From: Cytophagales bacterium
Lineage (GTDB): Bacteria; Bacteroidota; Bacteroidia; Cytophagales; Cyclobacteriaceae
Reading direction: 5' to 3'
NCBI GenBank assembly: GCA_024643485.1
Contig: JAHEMU010000001.1
Span: forward strand, 1 to 27,735
DNA: 27,735 nucleotides
Below the pieces are notes generated by a model that worked only from the letters and a program-made list of their open reading frames with translations, did no database searches and was not told where the DNA came from. The translations under genes were made by a program, and so were the position numbers. Shown piece after piece: positions 24,845-27,735 of the stretch; position 1 is the stretch's first letter; every line of letters begins with the position of its first letter.

Positions 24845-25498
24845 ATGAAAGTTCAGCTTATGGTGGCGACTAGCAACCATACAGAATTAGCAGAGCAGAT
24901 TGTTGAATTAATTGCAACAGCTGCAAAACTTCGTGGAACGGGGATCGCCCGTCGTGATCCTATGTATATCCGCAAAAAAATGCTCGAAGGAAAGGCAATT
25001 ATTGCCATGGATGGAGAGCAGCCGGTAGGATTTTGCTATATCGAAACCTGGGACAACAAAAAATACGTTGTGAATTCAGGGTTGATTGTACATCCCGATT
25101 ATCGCGGGATTGGTCTCGCTTCAAAAATCAAAGAAGCAGCTTTTAATCTATCTAGGAAAAAATATCCGGGAGTAAAATTATTTGGAATTACCACCAGTTT
25201 AGCGGTGATGAAAATCAACTCTAAATTAGGGTATAAACCAGTTACTTTTTCGGAATTAACACAGGATGAAGCCTTTTGGAAAGGATGTGAAAGCTGTCCA
25301 AATTATGATATTCTCACCCGCAATAATCGAAAAAATTGTATTTGTACAGGAATGTTATACGTGCCGGGAGCGGTGGAAATTAAAAGTAGCGAGCGAAAGA
25401 AAAGAATTGATTTATACTACCGTTGGGTAAAATTGAAACAATTCGGTTTCCTTAAAAAATTTAAAAAATCAAATGAAAAAAGTAGTATTAGCATTTAG
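24845..25498 (+). CDS. GNAT-family N-acyltransferase, probable ArgA-substituting N-acylglutamate synthase
   Basis: Acyl-CoA motif A LIVHPDYRGIGLASKIK and CESC..CIC cluster; first gene of argG-argC-argD. ATG at 24845 is preferred. Confidence 0.8.
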   Translation: MKVQLMVATSNHTELAEQIVELIATAAKLRGTGIARRDPMYIRKKMLEGKAIIAMDGEQPVGFCYIETWDNKKYVVNSGLIVHPDYRGIGLASKIKEAAFNLSRKKYPGVKLFGITTSLAVMKINSKLGYKPVTFSELTQDEAFWKGCESCPNYDILTRNNRKNCICTGMLYVPGAVEIKSSERKKRIDLYYRWVKLKQFGFLKKFKKSNEKSSISI

Positions 25499-26654
25499 CG
25501 GAGGATTAGACACCACCTTTTGCGCCATTCATTTAAATAAAAATGAAAAAATGGAGGTGCATACGGCTTTGGTAAATACAGGAGGATTTTCCAAAGAGGA
25601 ACTTGAAGACATCGCCATACGTGCTAAAAAATTAGGGGTGGCGAGCCATGTCACTTTGGATAAAACACAGGATTTCTATCAAGATTGTGTGCGTTATTTG
25701 ATTTTCGGGAATATGCTCAGAAATCATACGTATCCACTTTCAGTAAGTGCCGAACGTATCTTCCAAGCAGTAGCGATTGCCCAGTATGCGAAAGAAATAA
25801 ATGCCGATGCAATTGCTCATGGGAGTACCGGTGCCGGAAACGACCAAGTGAGATTTGACCTGGCTTTTCAGGTATATTATCCTCAAGCTGAAATTATCAC
25901 ACCAATTCGTGATTTGAAGCTCAGCCGACAACAAGAGGTCGATTTTCTTAAAGAAAACGGTATTTCACAATCGTGGGAAAAAGCTAAATACTCTATCAAT
26001 AAAGGCTTGTGGGGCACTTCAGTGGGAGGAGAGGAGACCCTAACCTCAAGGAAGTCACTACCGGAAGAAGCTTTTCCTTCGACACTTCAAAAGAAAGAAA
26101 ATGAAACGATAGAGATAGCGTTTTTAAAGGGTGAACCCGTAGCGCTGAATGGGAAAAAATTAGACCCTGTGGACTTGATTGTTCAACTCAATACTTTGGG
26201 AAGTGCCTTTGCTATTGGCCGAGATGTGCATGTGGGGGATACCATTATAGGAATTAAGGGAAGGGTAGGTTTCGAAGCACCGGCTCCTTTAATTCTGATA
26301 AAAGCACATCAATTACTAGAAAAACATACGATGACCAAATGGCAGCAGTATTGGAAAGATCAATTGTCGAATTGGTATGCCATGCAATTGCACGAAGGGC
26401 AGTATATGGAGCCAGCATTGAGGAACATCGAACAGTTTTTACAAGATACTCAGCAACGGGTAACGGGAAAGGTTTACGTAAGTTTGAAACCGTATAGGTT
26501 CGAACTGGAAGGGATCGAATCGGCCTTTGATTTAATGAAAAGCGAATTTGGGAGTTATGGAGAGATGAATCTGGCTTGGTCTGGTGAGGATGTAAAAGGC
26601 TTTACTAAAATTATAGGAAATTCATCGAAGATTTACCACTCAATTAAAGAATGA
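25473..26654 (+). CDS. argG: Argininosuccinate synthase
   Basis: VVLAFSGGLDT, HGSTGAGNDQVRFD, YSINKGLWGTS and GIKGRVGFEAP motifs. Confidence 0.97.
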   Translation: MKKVVLAFSGGLDTTFCAIHLNKNEKMEVHTALVNTGGFSKEELEDIAIRAKKLGVASHVTLDKTQDFYQDCVRYLIFGNMLRNHTYPLSVSAERIFQAVAIAQYAKEINADAIAHGSTGAGNDQVRFDLAFQVYYPQAEIITPIRDLKLSRQQEVDFLKENGISQSWEKAKYSINKGLWGTSVGGEETLTSRKSLPEEAFPSTLQKKENETIEIAFLKGEPVALNGKKLDPVDLIVQLNTLGSAFAIGRDVHVGDTIIGIKGRVGFEAPAPLILIKAHQLLEKHTMTKWQQYWKDQLSNWYAMQLHEGQYMEPALRNIEQFLQDTQQRVTGKVYVSLKPYRFELEGIESAFDLMKSEFGSYGEMNLAWSGEDVKGFTKIIGNSSKIYHSIKE

Positions 26655-27613
26655 AAAAAGTAGGAATTATAGGGGGTGCAGGATATGCTGCTGGTGAATT
26701 ACTGAGGTTGCTTTGTTTTCATCCAGAGGTGGAAATATCCTTTGTTCAAAGCACAAGCCAATTAGGCAAGAAAATATCCGATTTACATCCTGATTTATCC
26801 GATTGGACAGATTTGAGGTTTGTTGATGGACCTACCGAAAAAGTGGATGTCATATTTTTATGTACGGGTCATGGAAAAGCAGAACATTGGGTAAATAAAT
26901 TGGGCGATAAAGCGGCAAAACATCTTATTGATTTAAGTGCTGATTATCGGCTATTGAGAAATGAACGTTGGACATACGGTCTTACAGAATACCACCGAAA
27001 TGAAATTAAAAAGGCCGTGAATATTGCTAATCCTGGTTGTTTTGCAACAGCAATTCAATTAGGGATATTGCCTGCTGTTTCTGAGAAAAACGTAAGCGCT
27101 GAATGGCATGTGCATGCAATTACGGGGTCAACTGGTGCTGGTGCTGGACTATCCGATGCTACACATTTTAGTTGGAGATATTCTAATCTTTCAATCTATA
27201 AACCATTTGAGCATCAACATCTGGCTGAAATAAAAGCGACTTTCGCTGAAGTGAACAAAAAAAATGTTCCACCCATAAATTTCCTACCCTTGAGAGGGAA
27301 TTTTACTCGCGGAATATACTGTTCAATGTACACCGATTATGAAGGCACTCAGAATGATGCCTTAGCGATGTATCAAAAATATTATGCGAAAGATCAATTT
27401 GTTAGCGTAACGGACAGTGATATCGATTTAAAGCAAGTAGTAAATACCAACTTTTGCAAGCTATCAGTTAAGGTAATAGGCGGGAAATTATTAGTAATAA
27501 GTTGTATAGATAATTTAATAAAGGGTGCAGCTGGGCAAGCCATTCAGAATATGAACCTATTAATGGGTTTTTCGGAAGATGCTGGTCTGCGCCTCAAAGC
27601 AATAGGTTTTTGA
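26651..27613 (+). CDS. argC: N-acetyl-gamma-glutamyl-phosphate reductase
   Basis: GIIGGAGYAAGELLRLL..HP, IDLSADYR, IANPGCFATA (catalytic Cys), HQHLAEI and IDNLIKGAAGQAIQNMN; ATGA overlap with argG. Confidence 0.97.
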   Translation: MKKVGIIGGAGYAAGELLRLLCFHPEVEISFVQSTSQLGKKISDLHPDLSDWTDLRFVDGPTEKVDVIFLCTGHGKAEHWVNKLGDKAAKHLIDLSADYRLLRNERWTYGLTEYHRNEIKKAVNIANPGCFATAIQLGILPAVSEKNVSAEWHVHAITGSTGAGAGLSDATHFSWRYSNLSIYKPFEHQHLAEIKATFAEVNKKNVPPINFLPLRGNFTRGIYCSMYTDYEGTQNDALAMYQKYYAKDQFVSVTDSDIDLKQVVNTNFCKLSVKVIGGKLLVISCIDNLIKGAAGQAIQNMNLLMGFSEDAGLRLKAIGF

Positions 27614-27614
27614 T

Positions 27615-27735
27615 ATGAAATTATTTGAAGTATATCCACTATTTCCTATCGAAATTGTAAGAGGAAAGAATTCCCAGGTATGGGATCAAAATGGAAATGA
27701 ATATCTAGATTTTTACGGTGGTCATGCGGTGATAT
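27615..27735 (+). CDS. argD: Class III aminotransferase (acetylornithine aminotransferase), 5' fragment
   Basis: MKLFEVYPLFPIEIVRGKNSQVWDQNGNEYLDFYGGHAVI, 1 nt after the argC stop; truncated by the window edge. Confidence 0.88.
   Translation, partial: MKLFEVYPLFPIEIVRGKNSQVWDQNGNEYLDFYGGHAVI

Noticed and set aside
2336-25934. Other short ORFs nested in or opposite long genes (e.g. 2336, 3156, 4314, 5274, 5761, 6175, 6817, 8518, 9616, 10060, 11724, 13299, 14096, 16559, 16876, 17092, 17674, 19668, 21522, 23356, 23633, 24215, 25740)
   Set aside because: They overlap well-supported genes and have no recognisable motifs.
1-27735. CRISPR array, IS/transposase, integrase, prophage, rRNA
   Set aside because: No regularly spaced repeats, terminal inverted repeats or matching proteins were seen, and long genes account for nearly all of the sequence.

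Overview
AT-rich Bacteroidota (probably Cytophagales) chromosomal window. The assignment rests on TAnnTTTG -7 promoter elements, a T9SS type-B cargo protein and the arg gene order. Contents from left to right: a gpsA + PlsB-like acyltransferase pair (gpsA runs off the left edge); a membrane hypothetical with a degenerate DUF952-like tail; a large T9SS type-B cargo protein; an IscR-like Rrf2 regulator divergent from a clade II (Sec/lipoprotein) nitrous-oxide reductase operon (cytochrome c, fasciclin, nosZ, nosB-nosL fusion, nosD, nosF, nosY); a Cys-rich lipoprotein; an EamA transporter; an orphan histidine kinase; TIGR02757; a LysMx3-DPBB protein; nfeD-kdsB-CarboxypepD_reg protein; aspC-type aminotransferase + heptose-7-P kinase; and the start of an arginine operon (GNAT, argG, argC, partial argD). 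No tRNA, rRNA, CRISPR array or mobile element was seen. The best unexplained signal is an unannotated 21-codon leader ORF followed by a GC-rich terminator with alternative pairings directly upstream of the arg operon, a candidate arginine-responsive attenuator or arrest peptide. All family calls come from motif recognition by eye; no database searches or folding calculations were run.
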